From Spirochaetia bacterium (GTDB lineage Bacteria; Spirochaetota; Spirochaetia; DSM-27196; Salinispiraceae), in assembly GCA_038204425.1 (NCBI GenBank), contig JBBRCZ010000007.1:64001-128000 (forward strand): a stretch of 64,000 nucleotides of DNA, given 5' to 3'. Shown here piece by piece: positions 9,945 through 19,861 of the stretch. Both the position numbers and the translations under genes were made by a program. Position 1 is the first letter of the stretch. Each line of letters starts with the position of its first letter. A model generated the notes under the pieces. It saw only the letters and a list, made by a program, of their open reading frames with translations. It was not told the DNA's origin and made no database searches.

Positions 9945-11183
9945 CTACCTCTCGCCTTGCAAACGGACCGTATCTGCTTCGGCTTTTTGCTTGGCGTCAA
10001 GTGCTGACATATGTGCGGACTGAACATCGTCCCAGCACAAAAGCGGTCGCTCTATCTGTCCAAATGGCAGGCTTATCGCAAAACTCGAACCCTTGCCTTC
10101 CTGTGAAAGCACGCTAATATCTCCCCTATGCTCCTTGATAATCTTGTACACAAGAGTCAGACCAATGCCTGATCCAAAATTCTTGGTTGTAAAAAAGGGC
10201 TCAAAAATTTTCTCTTGAATCGCCTTTGACATACCCACCCCGTTGTCACTAATTCGAATCATTGCCTCATTGCCACGCTTACTGGTCGACACTATGAGCC
10301 GACCACCATCTGGCATAGCTGACATGGCATTCTTTATTATATTGAGAATTGCTTGTTTTAGGAACCGTTCGTCCATTGGCAGCAAAGGTAGACGCTCGTC
10401 AAAGTCTTCTGCTACTTCAATCTTAGATGCTTCCAGCTCATATTTAAGAAAATCCAAGAGTTCGTGAGTCAAATTGTTGAGGTTGACAGACTCAAAATGC
10501 AAATCCATAGGGCGCACGGCAATTAAAAAATCCATGACTATACTGTTTAGGCGCTCAACTTCTTCATTGACTACGTTGAGGTGCCTGTCAATGTCTTGCG
10601 CATACTCAAGACTGCTACGGTCAAGTAAGCGCTGAATAAGTTGAATGTGGATGCCGATGCTACCAAGCGGATTCTTGATCTCATGGGCAACCCCGGCGGC
10701 TAGGGTGGTGAGGCTGGCCAAGTTTTCGGCGCGACGCAGCCTGGCCTCTCGCATACGCTTTTCGCTAATGTCGCGGATAAGAATAATACTGCCTTGGATG
10801 CGACCTGACTGGACAAGTGGAATTATGTTAAAGCTAATGATCCGTGGCGCGCCGGCCGCATCGAGTGTAAACTCTTTGTCAGCAATGCTTTCCTGATTAA
10901 TCAAGGTGCGCTCAATCAGTTCTGCTATATCTCTGTCAAGAATAAGCTCCCAAACTTTGTGATCAAAAGTCTCATAAGGAGAGACAGGAACCAAACGCTC
11001 AGTGGCTTTGTTGTAAAAGACCAGATTGTTGAGAACATTGGAAACTATAACTCCGTCGTTGAGAGAATCAAGCACTAAGCTCAATTGCTCCCGCTCACGA
11101 TACAGGTCCTGCACCAAGCTGTGGACTTGGTCAGGATCGAGTTTTCCTATTTTTTTTAAGGCTCTTTGGACAAAACCGCGCAA
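9945..11183 (-). CDS. PAS-domain sensor histidine kinase (Hk2-like)
   Basis: PAS, AHEIKNPL H-box, NIIKNA, DNGVGM, PFFTTK, GSGIGL. Confidence 0.93.
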   Translation of the reverse strand: MRGFVQRALKKIGKLDPDQVHSLVQDLYREREQLSLVLDSLNDGVIVSNVLNNLVFYNKATERLVPVSPYETFDHKVWELILDRDIAELIERTLINQESIADKEFTLDAAGAPRIISFNIIPLVQSGRIQGSIILIRDISEKRMREARLRRAENLASLTTLAAGVAHEIKNPLGSIGIHIQLIQRLLDRSSLEYAQDIDRHLNVVNEEVERLNSIVMDFLIAVRPMDLHFESVNLNNLTHELLDFLKYELEASKIEVAEDFDERLPLLPMDERFLKQAILNIIKNAMSAMPDGGRLIVSTSKRGNEAMIRISDNGVGMSKAIQEKIFEPFFTTKNFGSGIGLTLVYKIIKEHRGDISVLSQEGKGSSFAISLPFGQIERPLLCWDDVQSAHMSALDAKQKAEADTVRLQGER

Positions 11184-12430
11184 GGTCCATCTCCCGCGTG
11201 AGAATATACCGCTTCAATCACGGTTGGGCCAGAAAGATTATAAGAAAGATATTGACGCATACCATCCTTTAGCGTGCGGACTATGCCATGCAGCGTGTCA
11301 GCGGCAGCTTCGATTGATAAAGAACGTCGTCGCAACTGCTCAAGCACGGCCGGATCCTCAAGCCTCATCAGACATTCGATTAACCTTTTGCCCAGTCGCA
11401 AAAAAACATCTTTAAGACTGGTGCGATCCTTGGGCAAAAGCTGTCTAATTTCATCTACATGGGAAGAGCCAAGATCAGACGCCATAAAGCCAAGCCCGGC
11501 GCGACGCAAGACTAGGCCTTCTATTGATTGAGCCAAGTCGTCAGTTCCACCAAAACCCAAGGGGGCGTAGTTTAGAAAAAAATCTGACAGGCTGGTCGTA
11601 GCAGCATCTTTGATCCTAAACAGTCTTTCTAGAATCAACGCTTCATTGGCGCCGCGTGAGAAAAACTCTACTTCACGCAAACGAGAACGAAGGGTTGGTA
11701 TAATTGATTGCGACTGGTCGGAAATCAGGATAAAGTAAACATCTTTGGGTGGTTCTTCCAGGATTTTGAGTAGGCTGTTTCGTGAGGTCTCATTAAGCAT
11801 CTCGGCCGATTCTATAATAATTACCTTTGGCGACTGACTGTCGGCGGTGTGAGCCCAATAGGATAAGTGTCGGATCATGGCTGAGTTAATGCCATCTTGA
11901 GGCAATAAGTCCGTCAAGCTATCGCACATTGGGTAGACAGCTTCAATCAAGCTTTTGCGTTGTTCAGCGTCCAAAGACCCTCGAGTTGGCGCTAAGGCAT
12001 CAAGTGCCTCATCTAGCTTTTCTAGTATCTTAATGGCTTGGGTGTATTTTTTATCATCTTGCCAGAGCATGCCATCAAATCGTCGCACCAGCTTACGCAC
12101 CGCTCTCAAAAACAAAAAGCGCAAAGGTTCTCGGTCTTCGGACATGAGACAAGCACCGCAGGCATGTATTTCTCTATAAAAGTAGCGACTACCAACCATT
12201 ATCACATAGGGACTAAGTAGGTAGCGATTTTGGTTGCATGAAACACAAGTGCACGACCATGGAGCTGTTGGCGTCTTGCAAGAGATAACTCGCGCAAACT
12301 CCGCAGCTGCGCTCAACTTACCGCTGTAAGGCGCACCATAAAAAAGCATACTCTGCGGTACTTTGGAACTAGTAATCAACTGCGACAGATTGTTGACTAC
12401 ACGTTCTTGAAATAAAATATTCTCAAACAC
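11156..12430 (-). CDS. holB: DNA polymerase III delta-prime-like clamp-loader subunit
   Basis: MFENIL start (GTG 12430), G.PYSGK, zinc C..C, NSLLKILEEPP, PTLRSR. Confidence 0.8.
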   Translation of the reverse strand: MFENILFQERVVNNLSQLITSSKVPQSMLFYGAPYSGKLSAAAEFARVISCKTPTAPWSCTCVSCNQNRYLLSPYVIMVGSRYFYREIHACGACLMSEDREPLRFLFLRAVRKLVRRFDGMLWQDDKKYTQAIKILEKLDEALDALAPTRGSLDAEQRKSLIEAVYPMCDSLTDLLPQDGINSAMIRHLSYWAHTADSQSPKVIIIESAEMLNETSRNSLLKILEEPPKDVYFILISDQSQSIIPTLRSRLREVEFFSRGANEALILERLFRIKDAATTSLSDFFLNYAPLGFGGTDDLAQSIEGLVLRRAGLGFMASDLGSSHVDEIRQLLPKDRTSLKDVFLRLGKRLIECLMRLEDPAVLEQLRRRSLSIEAAADTLHGIVRTLKDGMRQYLSYNLSGPTVIEAVYSHAGDGPCAVLSKEP

Positions 12431-12929
12431 TAACCACTCCATCCACTAGGGCGTGAGCATCTGCCAAAAAAGGAGAAAGCAGTGTCCAAGTCCAAGAATC
12501 TGTCATAAAACTCTTAATTTCGGGATTGGGCAAGAGGCTTACTACAACGATCAGGATAAAAACCAGAAGCAAACCTTCAACTATTCCAAGAAAAAACCCA
12601 AGAAAGTGGTCAAGAATAGTCAGATTAAATCCTTCTACGATAGTCGTCAATGCATTGCGCAAAAGCAAGACCAGTAGGAAAACCACGGCAAAAATTACCA
12701 CAAAAGCCAAGACTTGATTAAAGACGGAAGGCCCCCACCACGACTCAATAAGACCCGCCAAAAGCCCAGAGAAGGCCATACCGGCGAGTGCGCCGCCGAG
12801 CAAAGTGGCGACAGCTAAAAACTCGCGCACAAAACCACGTAGAGCCGCACGTAAGGCAAAGATGGCTATTATAATCAAAGTAACTGTGTCTAAAGCGCCA
12901 ATTCCTTGGCTTACGACGGCCGTCTCCAT
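12423..12929 (-). CDS. cvpA: CvpA family membrane protein
   Basis: LRGFVREF, LDHFLGFFLG, 4 TM. Confidence 0.88.
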   Translation of the reverse strand: METAVVSQGIGALDTVTLIIIAIFALRAALRGFVREFLAVATLLGGALAGMAFSGLLAGLIESWWGPSVFNQVLAFVVIFAVVFLLVLLLRNALTTIVEGFNLTILDHFLGFFLGIVEGLLLVFILIVVVSLLPNPEIKSFMTDSWTWTLLSPFLADAHALVDGVVSV

Positions 12930-12932
12930 TGC

Positions 12933-15188
12933 TTATCTCCCTTTGCCTTCCATGAACCATGCCATAGCCACTGCTCCGAGCAAGGCTAGTACTGCGATGA
13001 CCACAATTGTCGTACCGATTTCTAAGAAAAGCACCAAGCCTGCGGCTATAAGCGGCACTATCGCTGCATTTAATCGCTCAAGCAATTGAAAAACGGGCAT
13101 CGATTCTAGGTTATTTCTAGAAGACCACGTAGGATAGGCAAAAAGAGCCTTGGTACTCAAGCCGTCTCCAAGCAGCGCGCTCAGACCGACGCACAAAACC
13201 GCCAATGCAATCGTTAGATTGTCCGGACTAAAAATCATGGCAAGCAAAGAAATACCGCACAAAAGATAGGCAGCCATCAAGAAGATACGTTCCTGTCGAT
13301 AGCCTTCCAAACGACGTCTAACAATGGGACCTGCCATAGTAATCAAAGCGTATATGCTTAGAACACGAGCGATCAAAGCAAAATTAAGGCCAAGTCCGGT
13401 CATATAGACAGGAAAAATAAAGTAAAAGACCCCTGCGCTTGCCAACTGCAAGGGTAGCATAAGTCCGAGCAGTAACAACACCGCTGCTAGGCCTGATTTT
13501 CTCTTACCCCGTGCAAAGACTTGATCTCTTATGCCAATCAAATGCAAGCGCGTGCCGGCAAGTGGTCTCAAGACTATCAACAAGACATACAGGACGCCCA
13601 TGGCGATTGTCGAAACCTGAAGTACCTGGCCGGGGCTAAATCTTGAATAGGCTAGCACACCCATGCAAAGCCCAACAACTAGTCCAGACGAGAATCCAGT
13701 GCTAATTTGTCGTCTCCACAAGGTTCTAAGTCGTTCTGCAGCAGAATTGTCGCCTTCTTCTACGCCGTTTAGAGCCACGATTCCGCCATGAGCTAATCCG
13801 GCGATCAGGCGTGACAGCCCCAAAAGCAATCCGTTTTGATAGCCCAACATACAAACGAAGGTGCCAATAAACGCTGCAAGTAAAGTGATTTCGGTGGCAC
13901 GTTGAGCGTTGCTCAAGGCAGTCAGGCGTCGCATTAGCAAGCCCCCACCTGCAACCCCTACGAGATACAAACTCACCATACCCAAGCTTGCTTGTTCATT
14001 GGTCCAAGAAACCCCAAATGAGACAAAATTGACCACAAAAAAGAAGAAAACCAGCCCTCTCATTACTAAGAAACTGCGTACTTTGGGCGCCATTGAACGC
14101 TGCTTGGCCGCCCAGGTTAGAAGAAAACGTTCAGAAAATCTCCTAAATACTACTAAATGCAATTCTAGTGCGATGAGTATCGAAATTAGCACCAGGCTAA
14201 GTAGACCCAAAATCAATCCACTTTGATCTGCAAACTGCCGATCAGCTTGCAGATCAACAGCCAAGTAAGCGACGGCAGCGCCGTCAATGCTTAGCTCTTT
14301 GACTATAGATTTTGCATCATTGTGGAAGACTTGGCGCTCGATCGGTAAAGTTGAATCTGAACTAAAAAGAATTCGCTTATCGGGATCCAAAACATAGACA
14401 AGGGTTGAATCTGCGGCTTCTCCCAAACGTAAGGCAAAATCCTTGTCGGCGCCAAACCACTCGGACGGCAAGATGCCGTAGTCTAAGAGTTTCTGATAGG
14501 TCTCAGAAATCCTTTGGACAATGAACTGCTTGTTGCTGTTTTGAACCAAAGTAAGATCTGTTTGCATGGCGACCAGCACCAACACAGCAAAAACCAATTG
14601 GCCAACCACGATGGCGCCAACTAAACTACGCCTACGCTTTTTCTGGCCAATTGAAGGCCATAGCCACAAAAAGACACAGCTCACCACAATAATTACCAGC
14701 ACCGCACTTGCAGTATGTATGGCAAACAGCTGCTTGAGTATTGTGTTTTGCTCAATTAAAAACGCTGCTTCTAAAGTTCCGCCACCTGCAAGTTTAAGTG
14801 CTATGATCTGCTCCGGCGCCTGTACTGGCGCTTCAGATTGTACTGCGTCTTTGATTGCCCTTGGGTCAATAAATTCTTGCTGGGCTTTTTCGTCTTGGTC
14901 AAAAAGGCTAAGTTTGGCCAAACCGGGCTCTAAATACTTAATTTGCAAAAAAAGTCCGGTCAAGTCGCTTTTTTCTCTATTCTTGAGCCGCGCTTGTGCA
15001 GAAAAATCGAGGTCCTCAAGCGCCGATGAAACGGCAAACTTGAGCCGAATTGCGGACACTCGCTCAATTTCTGTCCAGTAAACCGACTGAACCATAAACA
15101 TCTGACTAACTAGACCCGCCGCCAGCACAAAAAATCCAAAGAGCAAGGCAACAGATCGACTTTTGAGCTCTTGCTTCTTTTCAGTCAT
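12933..15188 (-). CDS. MFS transporter fused to an N-terminal 4-TM region with two extracytoplasmic domains
   Basis: TM1-loop(~115 aa)-TM2-TM3-loop(~110 aa)-TM4, then 12 TMs with SRLIAGLAHG and GFSSGLVVGLCMG MFS-like motifs. Confidence 0.72.
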   Translation of the reverse strand: MTEKKQELKSRSVALLFGFFVLAAGLVSQMFMVQSVYWTEIERVSAIRLKFAVSSALEDLDFSAQARLKNREKSDLTGLFLQIKYLEPGLAKLSLFDQDEKAQQEFIDPRAIKDAVQSEAPVQAPEQIIALKLAGGGTLEAAFLIEQNTILKQLFAIHTASAVLVIIVVSCVFLWLWPSIGQKKRRRSLVGAIVVGQLVFAVLVLVAMQTDLTLVQNSNKQFIVQRISETYQKLLDYGILPSEWFGADKDFALRLGEAADSTLVYVLDPDKRILFSSDSTLPIERQVFHNDAKSIVKELSIDGAAVAYLAVDLQADRQFADQSGLILGLLSLVLISILIALELHLVVFRRFSERFLLTWAAKQRSMAPKVRSFLVMRGLVFFFFVVNFVSFGVSWTNEQASLGMVSLYLVGVAGGGLLMRRLTALSNAQRATEITLLAAFIGTFVCMLGYQNGLLLGLSRLIAGLAHGGIVALNGVEEGDNSAAERLRTLWRRQISTGFSSGLVVGLCMGVLAYSRFSPGQVLQVSTIAMGVLYVLLIVLRPLAGTRLHLIGIRDQVFARGKRKSGLAAVLLLLGLMLPLQLASAGVFYFIFPVYMTGLGLNFALIARVLSIYALITMAGPIVRRRLEGYRQERIFLMAAYLLCGISLLAMIFSPDNLTIALAVLCVGLSALLGDGLSTKALFAYPTWSSRNNLESMPVFQLLERLNAAIVPLIAAGLVLFLEIGTTIVVIAVLALLGAVAMAWFMEGKGR

Positions 15189-16285
15189 GGCTGCGCCACC
15201 GTTCTTTTACTGCTTGGTCGCGGTAGAGTCTCCCGTAAGCCAATAACACTTTCGGCCGCAAGAATAAACGTTATAGGGGTCTTTACATCACAAAGACGCA
15301 GGTTGTTGAGATTTATCGAAAAACGCCAGTCTACGTCGCCAGAAAACGCGGCTTGAAAACGGTCGTTTTCTATGCCAATCTTTTCCAAAAGGTCGCCTGC
15401 ATGGAGCACCTTAAGCTCATGTTTGGAGCCAATGCGTATAGACGCTGCTGCGCCAAAATAAAGTAGTTCTGTTTGGTTAAAGGCGAACACAGGCTTTTTT
15501 GCTGACAAAAGCACTTGACTTAAGAGCTTAGCCGACGGCAACCATTTGTCGGTGTCTATCAAGAGGTAGGCGTCACTCTCAAAAGCCGCGCTATTTTTGA
15601 TTAGAAGCTCGGGGCCGAGATCGCTATGGTCACGATCCGAGCTTACGATAGCGATAGTGGGCAGGGCAAGGGATTGCTTGAGATGGTCAACTATGTTTTG
15701 GCTGGAGCGAAAAAGCACGTCATTATAGTTTTGCTTGTTGGCACTTTCTGTGACCTCAAAAATAGGTGGCAGTGCACGAGGTGTTGTGGTTTTAAGCAGG
15801 TCTGCGTCGCCAAGAACCAACAAGGCATCGAGCTCTTGGCGCTGGTTTGTACAGCGCTTCAAGAAGCTAGACAAAGCCAAGGGCTCTGAGCTTAAGTCCA
15901 GATAATATAATTGACTAAAGACCAACTGGGGTCCACGTTCTATGCTCGTACCGGCCGCTTCAAAGAGTGTTTGGCTAAGTGTTTTATAGTTGCTCATTGG
16001 AAGCGAATAGTGATCAAAAGCAAAGTAACCAAGCTCTCCCAAACCAAACAAAAGGTTTTGTAATGCCTCAAAGGCCACTTGGTCTGAGTCTGCCTTTATC
16101 AGCGCAAATCTTAGCGGTCTTTTTGGCACCTTCTGATCAATAAAAGATTTCTCAGTGGGCAGGGTTGAGCCTTGCACAGAGGCCTGTTGAGTTTCAAAAC
16201 ACGCACCCAAAAAAAGACATGCCACGGATAAAGTCGCTAGGTTGATACCTGCCCAGCCGACAGGTGCCAACGCTCGTAGTCCCAT
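15185..16285 (-). CDS. Lipoprotein, divergent ABC-type substrate-binding protein
   Basis: ATG overlaps the murG stop (TAATG); lipobox LGAC; C-terminal INLNNLRLCDVKTPITFILAAESV resembles the ABC_sub_bind INL....LG..IP..LL..AD.V motif. Confidence 0.6.
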   Translation of the reverse strand: MGLRALAPVGWAGINLATLSVACLFLGACFETQQASVQGSTLPTEKSFIDQKVPKRPLRFALIKADSDQVAFEALQNLLFGLGELGYFAFDHYSLPMSNYKTLSQTLFEAAGTSIERGPQLVFSQLYYLDLSSEPLALSSFLKRCTNQRQELDALLVLGDADLLKTTTPRALPPIFEVTESANKQNYNDVLFRSSQNIVDHLKQSLALPTIAIVSSDRDHSDLGPELLIKNSAAFESDAYLLIDTDKWLPSAKLLSQVLLSAKKPVFAFNQTELLYFGAAASIRIGSKHELKVLHAGDLLEKIGIENDRFQAAFSGDVDWRFSINLNNLRLCDVKTPITFILAAESVIGLRETLPRPSSKRTVAQP

Positions 16286-17388
16286 TATGATTGCCGCTCG
16301 GCAATCGTCTCGAGCACTAGCTTGGCTATATTTTTTGCCGCTGAGGGTATATAAATTGAGGCCCATGCTGAGGCCATGCGAGCGCGCCGCTCTTTGTTGT
16401 GAGCTAGGTCAATTAAGGTGGCTACAAGTTGACGGTCATCTGCGGCCGGATCTGGTAAAAGTTGAAATAGTTCGCAAGCCCCAGCGCTGACACACAATTG
16501 GGCATTGAGTAGCTGGTCACCACGGCTGCCTCTGGTGAGTGGCACAAGCACGGCCGGTATAGAACGGGCGGCCAACTCCCAAATGCTACCTGCGCCGGCG
16601 CGACTAAGAACTAGGTCTGCACTGGCGAGCACATCTGCGTAGTTTTGGCTAAAAAAGTCTCGCCTAAAATAAGCTGCATCGATATCGATCACATTTTCTT
16701 GCATGCTTCCGCTCTGATGGACAATGCGATAGTGTTGCAAGAGCACCTGCAAATGATTGTTGACAATTTGGTTTATTTGGCGCGCGCCGAGGCTGCCACC
16801 TTGGACAAACAAAACAGGTTTGTCGCTAGGCAAATCACTAAAGCCCACGGCGCTTAGTCCACGCTGCCGTTGCCCAAGAAAAATCTCTTTTCTGACAGGG
16901 TTACCGGTTAGTATTGCTTTGTTGGCGGGATAGTGGGACAAACTGGCGCTATAGGGTACACATACCTTTGAAGACCAACGCAGATTGAGGCGGGTTGCTA
17001 GTCCTGGATCGCTATCTGACTCATGGCTTATAACTGCTATGCCCAAGAGACCTGCTGCAAGCACGGGTGGCACACTAACATAGCCGCCTTTAGAAAAGAC
17101 TATCACTGGCTTAAGCTTGCGCAGGACAGCAATAGAACGAAAAATACCGGCCAGGGTTTTAAAGACGTCTATGATGTTTTCTAATGATAGGTAGCGTCGT
17201 AGTTTGCCGGTTGGAATGCCAATAAAGCGGATTCCCCAGCGGCGCACCAGTTGGCGTTCTATACCTTTGGTGCTACCTATCCAGACCAAGTCATAAATGC
17301 CAAGAGCGGCAAGTTCTTCGGCAAGAGCAAGAGCAGGAAATACATGGCCACCGGTACCGCCACCGGTAATGACAATAATTGGCTTCAT
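16285..17388 (-). CDS. murG: Lipid II GlcNAc transferase MurG
   Basis: TGGGTGGHVFP, KGGYVS.P, HESD, GNPVR, GGSLGA, SRAGA, DQLLNA. Confidence 0.95.
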   Translation of the reverse strand: MKPIIVITGGGTGGHVFPALALAEELAALGIYDLVWIGSTKGIERQLVRRWGIRFIGIPTGKLRRYLSLENIIDVFKTLAGIFRSIAVLRKLKPVIVFSKGGYVSVPPVLAAGLLGIAVISHESDSDPGLATRLNLRWSSKVCVPYSASLSHYPANKAILTGNPVRKEIFLGQRQRGLSAVGFSDLPSDKPVLFVQGGSLGARQINQIVNNHLQVLLQHYRIVHQSGSMQENVIDIDAAYFRRDFFSQNYADVLASADLVLSRAGAGSIWELAARSIPAVLVPLTRGSRGDQLLNAQLCVSAGACELFQLLPDPAADDRQLVATLIDLAHNKERRARMASAWASIYIPSAAKNIAKLVLETIAERQS

Positions 17389-17406
17389 AACTATACTTAG
17401 GTTATC

Positions 17407-18306
17407 ATGATTCATACAACTGCGTCTAAAGCTCAAGCTTTAAAAAACGGCCGATTGCTAGCAATTGCACTTACTTGCTTTCTCTTGTTGGCACCGAGTC
17501 TGGCTGCGGACTTGTCTGCACAGAATAGAGCCGGTCCTTCCACAAGACCAGCTTACCTACTGCCCGATGCTGCGCTGGCAGATAGTCTCTCTTTGAGCGC
17601 CAGTAACAGAGACAGTTTTTTGCGTACTGGGCAGGTGATGGTTCTGTATGACGATCAACCAAGCACTGTTTTGTCTCCCAATCCCGGGCGCAACAAAGCC
17701 ATCTACCAAGACATGAAGAAGGTAGGCCCAAGTTTGGGTATGGAATTGCTGGCGGCCTATCCCATGCCAAAAAAGCTAGCCCAGGCAAGCAACCGCGAGC
17801 TCTTGATCTACACGCAACTTCAGCAGTTTAAAAGTATGGAAGGCATCACCTATTGGTCAGCTAGTCGCGCCGAAAATCGCGTGTTCTATATTCGATCTAG
17901 TCTTGTGGACAACCCTAGCCAACGCAGGCCACTGCAGGACCCGGTGCCCAAGTCCATCGAAGCAGTCAAAACAGCTTGGCTCTTGCAAGAGGACTCGTCT
18001 TTTGGCAACAACCTTTACAGCATGCGCATTCAGGCTCCCGAGCCAGGCTACCTCGAGCTGGACTTGCTCAACTGGGAGCAGATTTGGTACGGTATAGCAC
18101 CAGTTTTGGGACCACAGGGTTTGATTTGCAAAATATCAATCAGCATGCGCGGGCAGTATCTGCTATTCTATGGCAACACAGCCATCAATGCGGCCCGTGT
18201 TTTTGGCTTGGACGAAAAAGCGCGCACAAGCTATACCAACCGTATGCTGGCGCTTTTTTGGTGGTTTTGTGGACGTTTGGAGATTCAGGAAAGCCAATTG
18301 CCCTAG
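17407..18306 (+). CDS. Conserved spirochaete secreted protein (DUF6675-like)
   Basis: Signal peptide; SMEGITYWSASR and QEDSSFGNNLY motifs recalled from spirochaete hypothetical proteins. Confidence 0.6.
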   Translation: MIHTTASKAQALKNGRLLAIALTCFLLLAPSLAADLSAQNRAGPSTRPAYLLPDAALADSLSLSASNRDSFLRTGQVMVLYDDQPSTVLSPNPGRNKAIYQDMKKVGPSLGMELLAAYPMPKKLAQASNRELLIYTQLQQFKSMEGITYWSASRAENRVFYIRSSLVDNPSQRRPLQDPVPKSIEAVKTAWLLQEDSSFGNNLYSMRIQAPEPGYLELDLLNWEQIWYGIAPVLGPQGLICKISISMRGQYLLFYGNTAINAARVFGLDEKARTSYTNRMLALFWWFCGRLEIQESQLP

Positions 18307-18330
18307 TTCTTCTGACGGCTTGTTCACGAT

Positions 18331-18358
18331 CTGACCAAATTTTCACCAATTTTTAACA
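18331..18358 (+). promoter_or_regulatory. Putative Pho box
   Basis: CTGACC (18331), TTCACC (18342), TTAACA (18353) at exact 11-bp periodicity upstream of phoU-phoB-phoR. Confidence 0.6.
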
Positions 18359-18432
18359 AATGACGCCCACTATTGGCCAAACAAGGATCAGCCAAGGGCC
18401 AGCGCCACCAACAAGAAAAGGATGTCACTTTT

Positions 18433-19092
18433 ATGGAAACACGTCAGAGATTTTCCCATCAGATGGCAGACGTATACCAAGTCTTGCTTAGGATGGGTGC
18501 CTTGGTAGAAGAAGCTCTCTACAAGGCCCTGACGGCTGCCAAGCTGCATGACAAGGAACTGGCCGATGAGGTAATCAACAAAGACTACTTGATCAACGAA
18601 TGTCAGTATCAAATTGAAGATAAGTGCACGCTCATTATTGCTACTGAGCAGCCAGTCGCCAGTGATTTGCGAGAATTGATTACTTTAATAAAAATAGTCA
18701 GTGACCTGGAACGTATTGGCGACCATGCCAGGCATTTGGCAAAAATCGTGCATAGCGTTAGAGAAAGCCTCTTGCTTAAGTTTTTGCCCAACATTATTGA
18801 GATGACCGAGCACGGCATTCAGATGGTGCATCTGTCGCTCAACGCCTTAGTCAACAAAGACTCCCAACAGGCTACGGTTGTTGCCAAAATGGATGCCCAC
18901 CTCGACCATATGCATGAACAGTGTTTTTTAAAAATAGTCGCCGTGATGAAGGAATCTCCTGAACAAGTAGAGGAAGGAACCTCTCTAATTTTTCTCAACC
19001 GCTTCTTAGAAAGACTCGGCGACCATGTAACCAATATTTGTGAATGGATTGTGTATGCCAGAACGGGCAAACACACTGAGCTGAACGACTGA
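18433..19092 (+). CDS. phoU: Phosphate signalling protein PhoU
   Basis: QPVASDLR, DLERIGDHA, LERLGDHVTNICEW. Confidence 0.95.
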   Translation: METRQRFSHQMADVYQVLLRMGALVEEALYKALTAAKLHDKELADEVINKDYLINECQYQIEDKCTLIIATEQPVASDLRELITLIKIVSDLERIGDHARHLAKIVHSVRESLLLKFLPNIIEMTEHGIQMVHLSLNALVNKDSQQATVVAKMDAHLDHMHEQCFLKIVAVMKESPEQVEEGTSLIFLNRFLERLGDHVTNICEWIVYARTGKHTELND

Positions 19093-19105
19093 AAGGCGGG
19101 CGACT

Positions 19106-19855
19106 ATGTCAAACAAACTTATTGTTGTAATTGATGATGAAGCAGATCTCTTAGAACTGATTCGTTACAATTTTGAGCAGGAAGGTTATCAGGTTATGAC
19201 TGCCGAAAACGGCGAGAGTGGACTTGCTTTGGTTCAATCGCTGGCGGCCAAAACGCCTCCGGCCTGCATTTTGCTTGACCTGATGCTACCGGGTATGGAT
19301 GGCATGAGTGTCTGTCGCAAACTCAAGGCCAAGGAACTTACCCAATCGATTCCGGTAGTAATGTTGACTGCCAAGGGATCAGAATCAGACATTGTTGCTG
19401 GCTTGGAGCTCGGCGCCGATGACTATGTTAGCAAACCATTTAGCACCAAGATTTTAGTAGCTCGCGTCCGAAGCGCAATTAGGCGTCAAGAAGATCGCGC
19501 TGATCAAGAACAGCAAGCGCCCTTAAGTCGCCCGAGCGAAGACAGTCAAGAGAACCAAACTCAGCTTGTGGTCGGACTTATCAAAATGGACCTGGCTCGG
19601 CATCAAGTCTGGGCGGCCAATCACGAGGTCGAACTATCTGCAACCGAGTTTATGATACTCGAATTTTTGGCCCGCAATCCAGGTTGGGTTTTTAGCAGAG
19701 CACGCATCATCGATGGCATTCGTGGCAAAGACTACCCAGTAACCGAACGATCGGTAGATGTGCAAGTCTTGGGGCTGCGCAAGAAACTCGGCCCAGCCGG
19801 TGGACAGTTGCAAACTATCCGCGGTGTTGGCTATCGACTGCAAGACAGCGTATAG
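19106..19855 (+). CDS. phoB: OmpR-family response regulator PhoB/PhoP
   Basis: LDLMLPG, GADDYVSKPF, RSVDVQ..LRKKL, TIRGVGY; located between phoU and the kinase. Confidence 0.88.
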   Translation: MSNKLIVVIDDEADLLELIRYNFEQEGYQVMTAENGESGLALVQSLAAKTPPACILLDLMLPGMDGMSVCRKLKAKELTQSIPVVMLTAKGSESDIVAGLELGADDYVSKPFSTKILVARVRSAIRRQEDRADQEQQAPLSRPSEDSQENQTQLVVGLIKMDLARHQVWAANHEVELSATEFMILEFLARNPGWVFSRARIIDGIRGKDYPVTERSVDVQVLGLRKKLGPAGGQLQTIRGVGYRLQDSV

Positions 19856-19861
19856 TCCTTA

